From Epiperipatus broadwayi (taxonomy: Eukaryota > Animalia > Onychophora), in the NCBI GenBank assembly GCA_028023455.1, contig JAQFVV010000004.1:15376001-15440000 (forward strand): a DNA stretch of 64,000 nt, read 5' to 3'. A program made the translations under genes and the position numbers. Below are positions 13,397 to 27,149 of this stretch, piece by piece (the first letter of the stretch is position 1; each line of letters opens with the position of its first letter). The notes under the pieces were generated by a model. The model ran no database searches. It was not told where the DNA came from and saw only the letters and a program-made list of their open reading frames with translations.

Positions 13397-15596
13397 AGAT
13401 TTTAAAGTATAATTGATCACATATGACATATTCAAAGATAAATCTACAACTATAGACTAACATTTGCCTTTCTAGATTTTTTTTCATATTTACATTATCT
13501 TATATTGACATTTATATAAAAAAAAAAATCTAATTTAAATAAAAACTGTAATGCTTTTAACAAAAATTATCAAAATTATTTATCAATCTTTTTTCTCTTG
13601 GATACAGGTAACCTCACTTGCATTAGAACTTTAATCTTCTTCAGTTCGGAAAAATATATATATATATATATTCTTAATTTATTTTTTTAGTGTCTTTTTT
13701 TTTTTCATATGTGAACTTGCTGTTTTGAGTTTAATTCACAATAAAAGTACAGTTATTCCATGTCATATTGTAATTAAAATCATTCAACACTCATTTGATC
13801 AATGTAGATTAATTTAAAGCTTTTATTCTTATCCAGATATCTATTTACCAATCATTATCAATAGTTAGCTGAGATGGCTAAGAATTGATTACCTGAAAGA
13901 GAAAGTCTCAACATTTATAACTTGAAAAAATTTCAGTTGAGCCTGGATTCAATTTCCAGATCACACTCATGGCAGATGTGATAACCATTACTAAACAATG
14001 CGTATAATTTACAGTAGTCCATTAATAACATGCTTTTTTATCATTTGATCTTATTCCGACTTACATTTTGATCATAATTAATATTAATTAATCAGAAATA
14101 TGTGTAAAAATATATCAGGATTAAATGGTCAATAAATTCATTAATAATTATAAATCAAGTCCATTCTTTGATTTATTTTTTAAAAAGTGTCCCCCCCCCC
14201 CACCCCCAATTTATGCAAATAAAAATTATTGATTTAGCTGGTATAGATTTTTGCAATAAGTTAGACTAATTTTTACAAATTTCTGATTCAATTTTCAATC
14301 CTATTGTAATTGATCCAGTATTTTTTATATGCAATTATACAATTTGTTTGTATAAATTAACCAAATAATAAAATTTATGGCAGTATCCAATACAATAATT
14401 TTTTGCATCAAATATTTGATTAGTTCAGATTTTCCTATTTAAGTATGACTGTGATATACAAATTTAATGTAACTGTATGCTTAATTCCAGCTTTCTTCTT
14501 TTTATAAAGTCTTCATCTTTATAAATCTTTAAAAGTATATGTTATCTTTAGAGGAAAAAAACCATTAATTTCTGATTAATATAATCAACTTTTTTTTTTT
14601 ATTTTTATCTTGAAATATTTAATGGAATAAAGCATTGAATGTTTATATACTATCAGTTATAATTTTCTACTTTTTTTGAAAAGTCATTGAACAACATTGC
14701 TTTAATTTTTTTTTTTTAGTATTTATGTTTAGTCTTATTTTCTATATGAAGTATATTATCAATTATTCTTTCTCGTTTTTTTTTTTGTCTTATTTTCTTA
14801 TTTTTATCTAATAGCTTTATAATATTTTCTGATGTTTTAAGTGTTATTTACAAAGATAGTTTGTTCATCTGTAAAGTCTAAATAATTTTAAGTAATCTTT
14901 TATTTTATTCTCTTAGTTTTTCTTTTTAATTCAAAATATACTTTTCATACAACTGTTTTAAAAAACTTTGGAGGATGGAATGATCCTGTCACACCCCCTT
15001 AACAATGTTAATCTTTTTAATCTCACCACTGCTTTGTATTTCGATAATATTTCTTCAGACTTTAACATGTTTTGGAGTTTGTTCTGAAATATTTAATTAT
15101 AATTGAAATGTTTATAGAATTAAATGTCTTTTCACAATCTAAAAATATAAAACAAAATAGCAACTCATAATCATTTCTCATTTAATAATGTCTTTTATTA
15201 TATTCTTTTGTGATCTATGCAATAATTTTTTTTAAAATCCAGCTTGGTTTTTTGTTATTGTTGTTGTTGTTGTTAAAAATTCTTTGTAAATGAATTGTAA
15301 TGACCTTAATAAATAATTTATATAATGTTAATAGAAAAAATGATAGGTTTCTAATTTGAATATTTTTTTTCAAGTATATTGTTAATCTCATTAATGTTTT
15401 GTCTAATCTTTGTTATATCTTTATCATTTAGTATTTAGTTTTTCTAACATTTTTTTTTTTTTTACCTGCTTTTTTTTTTAAATATTTATACAAATTTTAT
15501 CATTTTGAAAAGTTTTTTTTATTCTTTATCGATTTAATTGCATTTCACTTTTTCATTTAAAAGACAATTTTTTAAATGTTTTTCTTGTAGACTTTA

Positions 15597-15674
15597 CTTG
15601 GTCTTATTGCAGTTTTTTATTACTATTATGATGATCTTGGTCTTATTGCAGTTTTTTATTACTAATATGATGAT
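15597..15674. repeat. 39-bp tandem duplication at the 3' flank of the L1/Tx1-like element
   Basis: CTTGGTCTTATTGCAGTTTTTTATTACTA(T/A)TATGATGAT x2. Confidence 0.9.
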
Positions 15675-18600
15675 GATAATTCAATAATCTTTATTAATCC
15701 TTTGTGTTACATGGCATTACATAACATTGATTGTAAGGTTTATAGGTGCAATCATGTTGTACATGTTTTTATATGGATTATTTCAAGGGTTACAATAACC
15801 AGGTTTCAAAGTATATTCTTTTACAAATGTTGCTACTAGTTTTAATACAGAGATGGATATCAAGTTTAATCATTAAAGTCTTAAAAAAAACAGTTCAATA
15901 TAAAATTTATTTTCATAGATAGATAGATATGACTCAAGATTATAAAAATGGCATCATATTGAAAGTTATTTACAGTCACTAAATTAATCTTAATTATTGT
16001 TAAGCTTGTAGTATACTAATGAAGTAACATAATTTATGTAGCATAAAATCAAGCTATGGCTGTTATATAAAGAACAGTCAATTCAGAGTGGTAGATTGTG
16101 ATAGATGGGGAATAAATTCTGTAGTCTAATGGTGAATGGGGTTGAAGACAACTAGTGAAGGTGATTTTTGTTGAGAGTAATGGATTGCACCATTGAATGC
16201 TATTTAATGTGTTTATTGTTGGATTGTGATCTACTATAGATTGGGTGATTGTTTTGGTAGTGACCTGATTGCAGCAAAAATATCTGGGGTGCAGTATTGT
16301 TGCTCCGGGTTTTGATTTGTTGGATCTTATTGATGAAGGTAGCTGGGTGTCTTCTGGTGTTTTTGCCATTGGTGAAGATGCAGTGTGTGCACCAGAAGGC
16401 ATGCAGGGGGAAAGTTGTTGCACATGTTGTAGGAGATAACTTCTGATAGGATTGAATTCACTATTGTATAGATGCAATTGGTCATCTGTATGTAAATAGC
16501 ATGATAGTCTCGATTTGGTTGAGGGCTTGACACTGCTGAAAGAGATATTATTGAGTTTTCTCTGTTACATGATATAAGATATAGAATGGATTTATATTTT
16601 TTATAGACACCGATATCAGAGAAAATCTAATGTTGGCATTGCATGTAGATTAAGACAAACTAGGAAATCTTAAAAAATTTGAGCTCCAGGGACCATCTTT
16701 TGAAGGAGTGGAATAGCTGCCAGTTATTGATAGCAAGCATGGGAGGATAATTTTTGTTGGTTTCTGGATATAGTATATAGCACATGTTTTCCAGTATGTG
16801 TATTTATTAGTCATGGGGAATGTTGATTGGTTGGATGCTGATAGGATTGATTGGTAAGTGTGGTGAGAAATTAAGTTGATATAGGAGGAGGTTTATCAGT
16901 AGGGATTACTTGTAACAATGATTGTAGTGCTGGGAACTTTTGAACAGTTGATGCATTTGAATTTACAGATTTTTGAATATAGAACACTTGGGTGCTGTGG
17001 AGGCCCAGACATTATTAATAGGTGGGCAACTAAGTCTCTTAGTTGAGATTGAAACTGCCTTCCTGTCTCAAAGTAACTTATTGTAGAGAGAAGAGATGGC
17101 ATAATTTAAACGATTTTGAAAATTTAACACTAGGCAAATAATATGTAATCTTAGTCATTATGAGTATATAAAATAGGTGAATTTTCGCATAAATGGGGAA
17201 ATAAGCTTTGGAGAGGGAATTGGTAATCCATGTTGCATTTTCTTTAAGCTTGTTTTGTAAGGTATTCTTCATCATAAGTGAGCCTATGTAAAATGGGAAG
17301 CCTAAGAAAGGGATTGACTTTCCCTAGGATATTTGCTGGTTTGGTTGGCTGGTTTATATAAACCATGCTGCTGCTTTACTCATGTTAAAGCTAGGTTTAT
17401 ATATGGCAGTATATTGATTGAGGGTGCTTTGCAAATGGTGAGGTGCTTATGAGATGGCAGGAAGACAGTGACACCATCCATGTATGCTATGCATGGAATG
17501 TATTAGTATGTACAATTTGGATGCCTGAAAATGTTTACTGTGTATGCTTTAATGGGGATTTATGAAGAAAATAAAGAGCAGTACACGAAGAGGTGAGCCT
17601 TTGGAACTGGATTGTTTAGGGGTGAATGATGGTGAACTTTTCCCATTAAGAGTGATATGTATCTCTATGCTCTGCAGTAAGTTGATATTTAAGTAAAACC
17701 ATGTTAACTAGCATATCAATCAGAATGGGAATAAACACAGTCAAATCCAGACTATATCTAGCTGAACTACAGTCAGTGCATTTTTTGGCTTGAACTGAGT
17801 TCAAAACTGTTTTAAACATCAAAGCAGCCTGTATAGCAGAAGAGCCTTTTTTGCAAACTGCACATTGGAAATTAGAGGAAGTAGGTGTGGATCTGGATGA
17901 TCCTTTACCACTTTTTCCAGTAAATTCCCAGTAGCCTCTTGGAAATTGGACAAAGGTTGATAAAAACAGAGGTTAAGCCTGTTTTTTTTTTTTTTTTTGG
18001 TAAATAGTACTACTGAGATTGGATATAAACTTTTGATGTCATACATAATTTGGAATAGATAATTTTCCAGGTCACAGAGGTATAATGCAGTAAAGTGTGA
18101 AGATGGCAAGAACAAAAACAGAGATTCCATTGGACATGTGTTATTTATAGTGGCAAGTTGTCAGCAAATTGTATGCTTTGGAATGGGGTATTGGTATCAG
18201 ATGGCCCAAATAAGTCTGAAGGTGGTGTGAATGCATTATGGATTTGTATTAGTATGTAGAATTACTCATGTTATAGCCTGCACACATATTACCATCAACT
18301 TGGGAATGCCATAGGAACTTTTAGTATAAATGGGTGACCCAGGACCCAGCAAAGATACTCCCAGCCCCATGTGTGTTGATGAGTAAAACAAATTATTTTT
18401 TTCTTAATGGCAATATATTCTTAAAGTTCGTTGTTGGTTTTTTGATAAGCCTGGGAAAGTGCATGTAGCTGTAGGTGAGTATAAGGTGCAGGATTCATTA
18501 ATATAATCTGTGTATGTAACTCATTGCCAATGCCAGAATTCAGGAATGTGGAGGTGAACTGTGTGTGAGCTGTTGAATATTGAATGATATTATATGTATA

Positions 18601-18950
18601 AAGGTGAGGTACCTTTGGACTGGATCAAGTTCTATTTGTTACAATTTCCACTACATAATATAATGTTTAAGAGAATAAAAATTCTGTAGTATATGAGGGT
18701 TGAAGAATTCAAATGATTTTATGCAAATGAACAGCTGTAATGTGTATCATCAAGATTCAGGATGAGAGATTTTCCAGAGTGGTCAGAGAAAGAAGTAGGA
18801 TTAAGGTCAAGTTGAATTGAAAGATGTAGAATTAGTAAGTAAAAGCAAAGATCAATGAATGAGGCATGGAAGGCAAAAAGCCTTGACCATTCATTTTGAC
18901 ATGAATGTTTGATAATCAAGATTAAAATCTCCCATTAAAAAAGTTGGATG
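15668..18950 (-). mobile_element. L1/Tx1-like LINE ORF2 (late endonuclease, RT, C-terminus) and 3' UTR, decayed
   Basis: Manual translation across frameshifts: FLMGDFN (~18935), FSDHS (~18790), LLPLISNVQFA (~17870), LNGKSSPSF...KGSPLRVLLFIFFINP (~17600), CIAYMDGVTVF (~17480), IYAKIHLFYILIMTKITYY (~17170). AATAAA and an (ATC)n tail lie near 15670-15700. Confidence 0.8.
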
Positions 18951-19311
18951 AGATTAATATGATGACTGAGCTGACACATGACCAGGTAGGTGGTGCTAAT
19001 TTCATTAACACTGATTTCCAAACTTCAAAGATAATACAAACAGATGCTCATGATGCTAAAAATAATACTCACCAGATTAGTAGCAAACCTAATAATAATC
19101 CAATAGTTATAAATAATACAAGTAACCCATTCCGAGATTAATATGATGACTGAGCTGTCACATGATCAGGTAGGTGGTGCTAATTTCATTAACACTGATT
19201 TCCAAACTTCAAAGATAATACAAACAGATGCTCATGATGCTAAAAATAATACTCACCAGATTAATAGCAAACCTAATAATAATCCAATAGTTATAAATAA
19301 TAAAAGTAATA
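18950..19311 (+). repeat. 184-bp tandem duplication
   Basis: GAGATTAATATGATGACTGAGCTG starts at 18950 and 19134; the two ORF-track peptides MMTEL(T/S)HDQVGGANF... are near identical. Confidence 0.9.
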
Positions 19312-20830
19312 TTTCAACCACTTCTAATTTCACTAAGTTCAACGATAATACAAACATAAGCTAATGTAACTAAAATTAACTCTCAATAGATCATTAGGAA
19401 GAGTAATAATAATCCAATAGATGTTAATAACAAAAGTAACAATATTTCAACTATTCCCAAGACAGCTCCAAGAATTAGAAAAACCACCCCTAGTGACATC
19501 AGAGAACTGGACCTCAATATCCAAGAAGCACAACCCCCCCTCTATAGTTTGGAACACAGATACACTTATGATAACCAGTGATAGGTTCAACAATTCGATC
19601 CCAAGAGGATTATTTGCAACTTTTAAAAGATTTTTTCTATTAGGTCCATAATTCTATTTGCTACAGACATCAACATTTCTCTATATAAATTTCCTAGGCA
19701 ACTATTATTTGATACAATATCCATCCGTGGACTGTGGGATACCATTGCATGTATTGTTGACCATCCAATCCCAGGTATTGGTAATCAAGTTCTTTCAGAT
19801 CATACAGAGAGACTGAGTTCAAATACAAATAAAAACGCTTGGAAACTTTGCCTTAATTATGGTGGATCCAAATCACTACAACTGTATCCCAGGCATACTC
19901 AAAACACCTACTTGAGATACACCCTTCAAGATTTCCAGGATATTTATGCAACCATTTAGCAAAGTTGCAACTTTTCACCCCATATATTTAAAGGATACCC
20001 CTATACTTATCCCTAATAATAGCTATGATTTCAAATTACAACTGTACCATGACATTGATCCAAATATAATTCCAACACAAATCCTTGATCAAAAAGCTAC
20101 CCTATGGCATATATATCAGTGGACTGAAACTACAGTGCTACTCCTGTCAGTGGACTGAAACTCGAGTGCTACTCTTGTCACCCACTGGTCATTTAGCAAT
20201 GCTATGTGTTAATATCCAAACTTCACTTTTAGGAAAACCAGCTGATCACCTAAATTCCCAAGTCAACAAAGAATAGTCAATAGCAAAATCTTTCCATGAT
20301 TACATCTATAAATAGCCAAGAGTTTATCCATGCACATACTACTTTTTCTATACACTCGTCCACTCTTAATCTTGATTTGACACTTCATGAGGCAGATAAT
20401 GATAATGATAATCATGCCAAACCTGACTCAGATGATATGGTTTCCAAAATTTCTCCCAATGCAACAACCAAAGCCAACCCTGTCTCAAATAAAATTAATA
20501 CTGCCCCAGCAGTTCTTATTTATAATCATACTCATGACAATGACCATACTATTCATAATAAAATCTCAACACATTGTGGAGACAATTTTTCCATGTTTAC
20601 CACCTATATCAGTCATTTATTCTCCCAACACTTCTATTGAAACAAAAAGAAAGCCTCGATGTCCCTCCAAAAAGACTCAACAACTTAAAAACCCCAGAAC
20701 AGACATGGCTGACCTGTTGGTGCTAGACATGGGCTCTACTTTCTTGCAAACTGAATGCTCCTTAGCTGATTCCATAGATCAATCTATCCCTATCTCCCAT
20801 AAACAAGAGATACGTCTTTACTGAAGCTTT
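18950..20830 (+). mobile_element. L1/Tx1-like LINE ORF1 (gag-like, CCHC knuckle), decayed and inverted relative to ORF2
   Basis: IPNNSYDFKLQL...PYGIYISGLKLQCYSC..TGHLAMLC, a C-x2-C-x4-H-x4-C-type knuckle disrupted by a small duplication at ~20120-20180. N- and C-terminal parts are low-complexity and Asn/Thr-rich. Confidence 0.65.
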
Positions 20831-21786
20831 CCTTATTTTCTGATCACTTAGAATTTAACTATAATTGATAATTTCATTTTCTCTGTACTTTTAAGAACTG
20901 ATTCTGTTAATAGTAAACTTTTTTACAGATAATATATATATATAACAATGCTTTTTTTTTAATTTACAGTTTTCCTTATATTGTAGTATTTTCACCTTTT
21001 AACTAGAAAATGTTTAAGCAGCATTTTAATGATATATTGAGCTTTATCACTCTTCATTAAAATTTATTACACAGATATTTGCTTTATAATATATTTTATG
21101 TATTCTATTTATAATATGAAAAACATGACTACCAGTGAAAGAATTGTAGGAAATGGAGCTGGGAGTTGAATGATGAAAACACAAATAACATGATAGGTCT
21201 GTTATTAATAGATAGAAGATTATTAATAACAACATAATAGTCTTGTATTTTACAAAGGGCAGATATAGGTTGAGATTATGAAGTAGTAATTGCAAATATA
21301 AAGTTTAAAAATTTATTTAAAAGAAATATGAAGTAATGAGGAGATTGAACCATTATAATAAAAATAGAGTAATAGTTAATTAGTCAATGCTTAAAATAAA
21401 TCAAAATATTGTACCGTTTATTCATATATGGTACAAATATGTATTGGCATTTGGTAAAAGCTAAAAAAATAAATAAAAGTAAATTTAGATTCTTTTTTGA
21501 GTATAATTTATTTTTTTTAAAAAAACATACAGTGAAAGTTAAATTGTTCTTTCGTATTTTTTTTATGTAATTAGAAATAAAAGCAGAATTGGAGAGAACA
21601 AAAGAATTCCAAAAGTAAGAAGATAAGCTAAAAGAAAAAATTTAAGCTAATTAAAGATGGCCTAAGGATTTGCTAAAGAAAGAGAACTTTGTAACGTAAA
21701 TTTTATAAGGAATTACCAGATTAATTATCAGCGTATATTTTTAATAAACAAAAGGATGCGCAGAAGTCAGAAAACTGGACCTCTAG

Positions 21787-21795
21787 TATAAAAAG
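21787..21795 (+). promoter_or_regulatory. TATA-like box upstream of candidate first exon
   Basis: TATAAAAAG about 150 bp upstream of ATG 21937. Confidence 0.3.
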
Positions 21796-21936
21796 CAGAG
21801 ACCAGTTTGACGAACGTCTTGTTTTGTCTGTTTTTTCCTTTGTCTGGTTTTGAATTATTAAATCCAAGACCACTTCACGATGAAATAATCCTTCATGCGG
21901 GAGTAGACCGGGGTTTTAGCTAACATCGTTAAGAAG

Positions 21937-22069
21937 ATGGACACTAGAAAAGCTTCTGTGACTAGCCTTCGGAATAGACTACAAGATCAATTTCTAACTA
22001 ATGGCCGAGCTCATTCTAACCCAAAAAAACTATGCATAGTATGCTACAACTTTTTCACTAAACTTACCG
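21937..22069 (+). CDS. Candidate first coding exon, unidentified protein (MDTRKASVTSLRNRLQDQFLTNGRAHSNPKKLCIVCYNFFTKLT)
   Basis: AAGATGG start context, 44 open codons, and a G|GTAAGC donor (phase 1). No family recognised. Confidence 0.4.
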
Positions 22070-22999
22070 GTAAGCTATGACTCTTTATTATTCCCGATTG
22101 GGACTTTAATTTTAGTGATCAAGAGACTCTTATTTAATCAAGAACATAATTTATTTTGTTTAACTGTTATTTTTTTTATTAATGTATTCATATTTGGATT
22201 AGTGTGTGTTCTCTTCAGTTTATTTAATTCTTAATTTAACTTAAACAGATTTTTAATCTGTTAGAATAAAAATATTTCTAATAGCAATTTTCATTTATAC
22301 GTTATTAATAATATTTATTAATGTTTATTATTAGTTTAGTAAGTTTTTAAAATGTAATTTACCTTTGCCAATATGTTTTGAATAAGCCCCAGGAATAATA
22401 ATCTTAAAAAAATAATTCTCCTTACGTTATAATGTAATACCGATTCGTTTAAAAACCATTTTTCTTCTTAATTTGCGATACGTTATTTGACAGATTTCAG
22501 CTGGTTCTTTTACAGAATCCTGGCACCCTGATCAAATAAATTAAAAGCTGATTTCGTTGATGACATAATTCGCAACAATTACTAGGTAGAGCTAATCAGG
22601 AAATATAGTTATGTTTTTTTTAAATAAAAAAATAAACCTTTTTCTTCTTTTTGACATAACTTGATCAACTCGCGCGTTTATAATGCGTATAGAGGCCTAG
22701 CAAGATGGAAAACGTTATAATATGAACAAAGTGAAAATATTAGAATCAGAAATTAAAATAATAGAACCTCTCTCCACACAGTAGTGTTACCCAGTGTAAG
22801 CTGTAGTAATCAATAGTTGACATTGAGCATTAATTACTATAGCTTGCACTAAGTTGCACTGCTGTATCAAAGTAAATTGTTACTATTTTAAAGGTTTGTG
22901 CAAGGAAAAGAGGTGATCGTATAATGTTATACTGGTTTAATCAAAAATTTAAAATATCTATAAGAATTTAAAGAAATATAATTATTAAAATTATACTAA

Positions 23000-24460
23000 A
23001 GAAAGAAAAATTGGGAAAAGTCTCAAAGAATCAATTGTAACAGGACAAGTAAATTCAGAAAAGCATAAAAGATAATTCAAAAATTGTAGAGCAACAATTT
23101 GCAGCAAAGATCATTGAGATAAACTAAAGAAGTTCAAAAAAGATGGCCAAAAATAGTTACTGTAGAGATGAGAAAATGCAGAGAATTATACAGGATAATA
23201 AATCAGAAAATGGCAACCAAAATAAAATACAATAAAAATTATAATTTAAAAAATATACATTAGCAAGAATGCAATTTTACAATGATGATCAGAATACTGT
23301 GGAATTATACAAAGTAGGCTTCAGAGATGAAAAAAATATTGGAAAAATTAATAAAATTTTCTGAAGTTCTATCATCTTGGAAGTAAAGATAATATCTTTT
23401 TGTAAGACTGTAAGAAATAAATTGAAAATAGTAATAATTTTTAAATTATAATAGTTGGGAAATGATGGAGATAGTTTATTTTTTAAAAAAAGTTAGACTA
23501 TATAATGTGCAGAAAGAAAGCATGATATCCAAACAGGGATAGAATCATCAATAATGCCACTTCCAAAAGATTATAAGACAGAATGTGCACTAGTGATTAT
23601 TTTATAGAAAGTCTTAATGATCATCTTAAATGGAATATTAGAGGTTTATATATAGGAAGACTTAGCAAATAAATAAGCAGATTACTTATTTTTAGAAAGG
23701 ATGGGTTTACCATACAATATTACTATTTTACTTTATTGTGGAAAAACCTGAAAGAAAGCAAAAAACCTGTATCTATGATGTATTGTCTTTCAGAAGGACT
23801 TTAATAGCATTGATCACAAGATGATTTTGGCAATATACAAGATAAGAAGATCCAATCTCACTAATAACATTCGTCACACATCTGGAAAGAATAAGGGATA
23901 AGATCAAGTAAGTGTGCAAAGAAATATTAGTGCATGGCATAAGAACAAATACTTTTAAGTTATGCATATGACATAGTAATCATTAAAGGAGATTAAAAAT
24001 ATTGAACTTTTATATTTAATATTTCTAAATGACAAAGAATATATATATATGAATTATATATAAATATTGCCAAAATAATAACAGAAGAAATGGAAAAAAA
24101 TCATAATTAATGGGCCTGATATTTAGAAAAATCTGTATATCTTGCAAGTAGTAAAGATTTTTGAAAAGCAAAATTAGAAACTGGTGCAGGAATGTGTTTA
24201 CAAATCATGCATTGGATTTACAAAATCAGATATCAATTGAAAAAACAAATAATGTATCCAATAGTGTATTAAATAGATGCAAATGTAAACGATGATTAAA
24301 CTTACAATAAGAAGAAATTTGTTATATGAAAAGACACACTACTCAAGTTATTGAGAATCGGCCAGATACAAAAAGTTTGTCCCGAAATATATAAAAGAAT
24401 GAATCAGAAAGTAATTTTGTGGCAGAAAATTAGACAATAACAATACTTACAGATGAAATT
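23000..24460 (+). mobile_element. Highly degenerate RTE-like LINE
   Basis: Broken frames resemble IMPLPK, ERMGLP (EQxGFR-like) and FQKDFNSIDH (DFxKAFDSI-like). Many stops. Confidence 0.45.
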
Positions 24461-24477
24461 AAAGAAGTGTCTAAATT

Positions 24478-24583
24478 GCATTCCGAGAGGTCATCGCAGC
24501 CACCTTACAAGCAAGTAGTTAGTTGCAGACGGTTGTGGGTTCGCCTCCCGGCCGATGAAATGACATATGAGAGAAAAAAAAAA
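24478..24583 (+). mobile_element. tRNA-Gly-derived SINE (family D)
   Basis: CGAGAGGTCATCGCAGCCACCTTACAAGCA...GGGTTCGCCTCCCGGCCGATG followed by the TGACATATGA-A-rich tail shared with other copies. Confidence 0.65.
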
Positions 24584-27149
24584 TTGCATTTCTTAAATCT
24601 TTTTGCAAGAGGTGAAAATTATAGAGAGTTGCTAAAAATAGAAAAGTATCAAATACTTATATAGACTGAACCTTTAAATTCTGATAGTAATGAAAAAGTA
24701 ATAAATTATATTAATGAATTGGCAAAAAATATTAAACTAATATTAGCATGATTCATGTATATCAAGTTTGTAATCCAAAACCTAGCTATAGACAAAATCA
24801 ATTAATATAGAGAAAGAAAGGGAGATAAATGTAAGGTTTATTAATGCATGTTTGTTAATCAAGATTTTGGCATATTAACGATTTTTGCTCCGATATTTTT
24901 TCCTACTCTTTATTTTCTCCAAAATAAAATTTTGTGATTTCCTTTAATTCATTTACCACCATTATTAAAGGGAGAGGATGCATAAGAGTTTTCATATGTA
25001 TCATCGCTCAAGTTTGATCTTTTTTTTTTTTTTTCGAGATCAAAAATATCAAATCTATTTTGGTGTTACCTCACATAGTATAGATTTATCTCCATCCTGA
25101 ATAAAATTCTTAAGTATTAATTTAAAATAATCGACTATAAACAACATTCATTACATTTTAATGAATAAGATTTTTGAATGTAGTTCATAAGGGGTTATAT
25201 CTCTAGATACTTGACCTTGTCAGAAACTAATCCATTTCAAAATTACTTTTTAAATAAAAAAAGGGGGGTAAAGCAATATAATAACTCTTGGGAAACTACT
25301 TATTTAGACAATGCCGAGCTAAAATTATAGTATAATTGAAATTCGGGCCATGCTTGGTGAAACTCTGCTGGCCTAATATTTATCAAAGTGGTACTTTGGG
25401 AGTTTTATTATGTAGAAGGGGCATAGATAGATCACCAAGGTTGATTGTTTTAAAATTTTAACTGCATTAAAATTTAACCTGACTGGATTTGGTTATAATT
25501 ACATATATGTCCAACTATCAACCATTGGCATGACTTAGATTTCTTTTTTTTTTTAAAAAAAAAGATTGAAAGATATTATTAAGAAAGCGAGATAATAAAT
25601 ATAATAGTGATTTTCTTTTTTTTTCAAGGCTATTAATTTGTGGAGAAAAGCAGTGAAAATAATTTTATTGAAAGTTTACTCTAAATAATATTATTTAAAG
25701 TATGTAGTTTCTGAGATGACATAATTTTGATCATTTAAAATTTATAATATTTAAAATAATAGACTCGTGAAGCTATTGCAGTACATCTGATACCATGACT
25801 TAAGACCTGAATACAATTTTCGACAGATATACAAGAACCCCTCCCCCCCGTTGCCGGCATATAATTAATTCAGTTTTAACCATTTAATATTGATCAGTAA
25901 TCTAAACTTTTATTAGAAAGTAGATAAAATAAAGAAGGGGGGTAAATGCTAACTCATCCAATAATATGCTTATTTATATATTATAGAATGGCTTCATTGC
26001 TCGGGAATTTGTAAGGCCGTTTGAGTGCTGGAAGTGACAGATCTAGTCACAGTTCATGAACCTTCAGCTCCAAAAATATATTCTACTGGTGCAGCAAATA
26101 AAATCAGGCCATACCATCCATGTCTTAGGATTTATGTTAGAACCCAGGCTAGGTAAACTAGAACTTTTTTTAGGTTCTGATCAGGGCTTAGAATTTTTGG
26201 TACTTGTGAGTTTTCAAGTAAATTAAGATGGCAGCTCATGTTTTTGATAAATATACAGTTTCAAGGGCCCCAAAAAAATGTTTACAAAAAAAAAAATGTC
26301 TGCTAGGAAATGTATTTAATAATCACTTTTTAGTTTTTATTACTGTTATTTTAAAAAAGAAATCACTGTGAAAAAAGTAATTACAATATTTACAGTTTAT
26401 TTTCTTTTTTTGGATTAACTGATTAACAGAAAAATGGAATAATATATAAATGCAATATTTACATTTTATTAATGTCATTAGCATGTAATCATATCATGAT
26501 CATTAATGCATAATTTTTGAGAAGGCAGGGTTTTATACCTTTGGTAATAGTCCACTGTATCCCATCCTGTGACAGGAAGGTCCCAAATTTTTATCATTAT
26601 GACAATTTAACAAAAAAAAAACTGCTGACAAAAAAAAAAAAAAAACATGCTGAATTGAACCAAAGTACAACAGCGTCTCGTCGCTTTCCATATTATTAGT
26701 AAAAAAAAAAAATTGAAATAAAGTTTCTTAATGAAACTTATCAGAATTTGATTAATCTTTTTGCTTTAATTCTTTCTTTATATTTGTACATTATATAATC
26801 CTTAAGCAACTTAATATTAATAGAGATCCTCTCTCCACTTTGTGAAAAAATTACAAAAATCCTTGTATAAATCTGTACGCTTTACGTATCCAGTGAAACA
26901 GTGTTTTGCTGTTGTGTGCATGTGTATATGTCTGAAATAAGAAGCTCAGTGCAGTACTGACATTAATGTGCAAATGTAAGGTAGTATTTTTTTTGACTCA
27001 GCATGTGTTGTGTTTAAAAACTGTGTGCCGTATTCTTGAATGTGATAAAGTGTCGAATTTAATGTTTGTTGTGCTTCCAGCTATTCTATTTGATTCATAG
27101 TTTTTTTTTTAGTTCTTTTATTTCATAGAAAATTTAAATAATTTAATCC

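Noticed and set aside
17770-17870. CAVCKK...CTDC apparent zinc finger on the minus strand
   Set aside because: Lies in an alternative frame of the LINE RT region; likely chance.
16049-20824. Divergent ORF clusters initially suggesting an ambisense endogenous virus
   Set aside because: GDFN, SDH, QGSP-like, YxDD-like and CCHC motifs explain them as a rearranged L1/Tx1-like LINE.
26226-26240. AGATGGCAGCTCATG as the left TIR of the hAT relic
   Set aside because: The first bases do not match the right TIR (CAGTGG...) and no 8-bp TSD was found.
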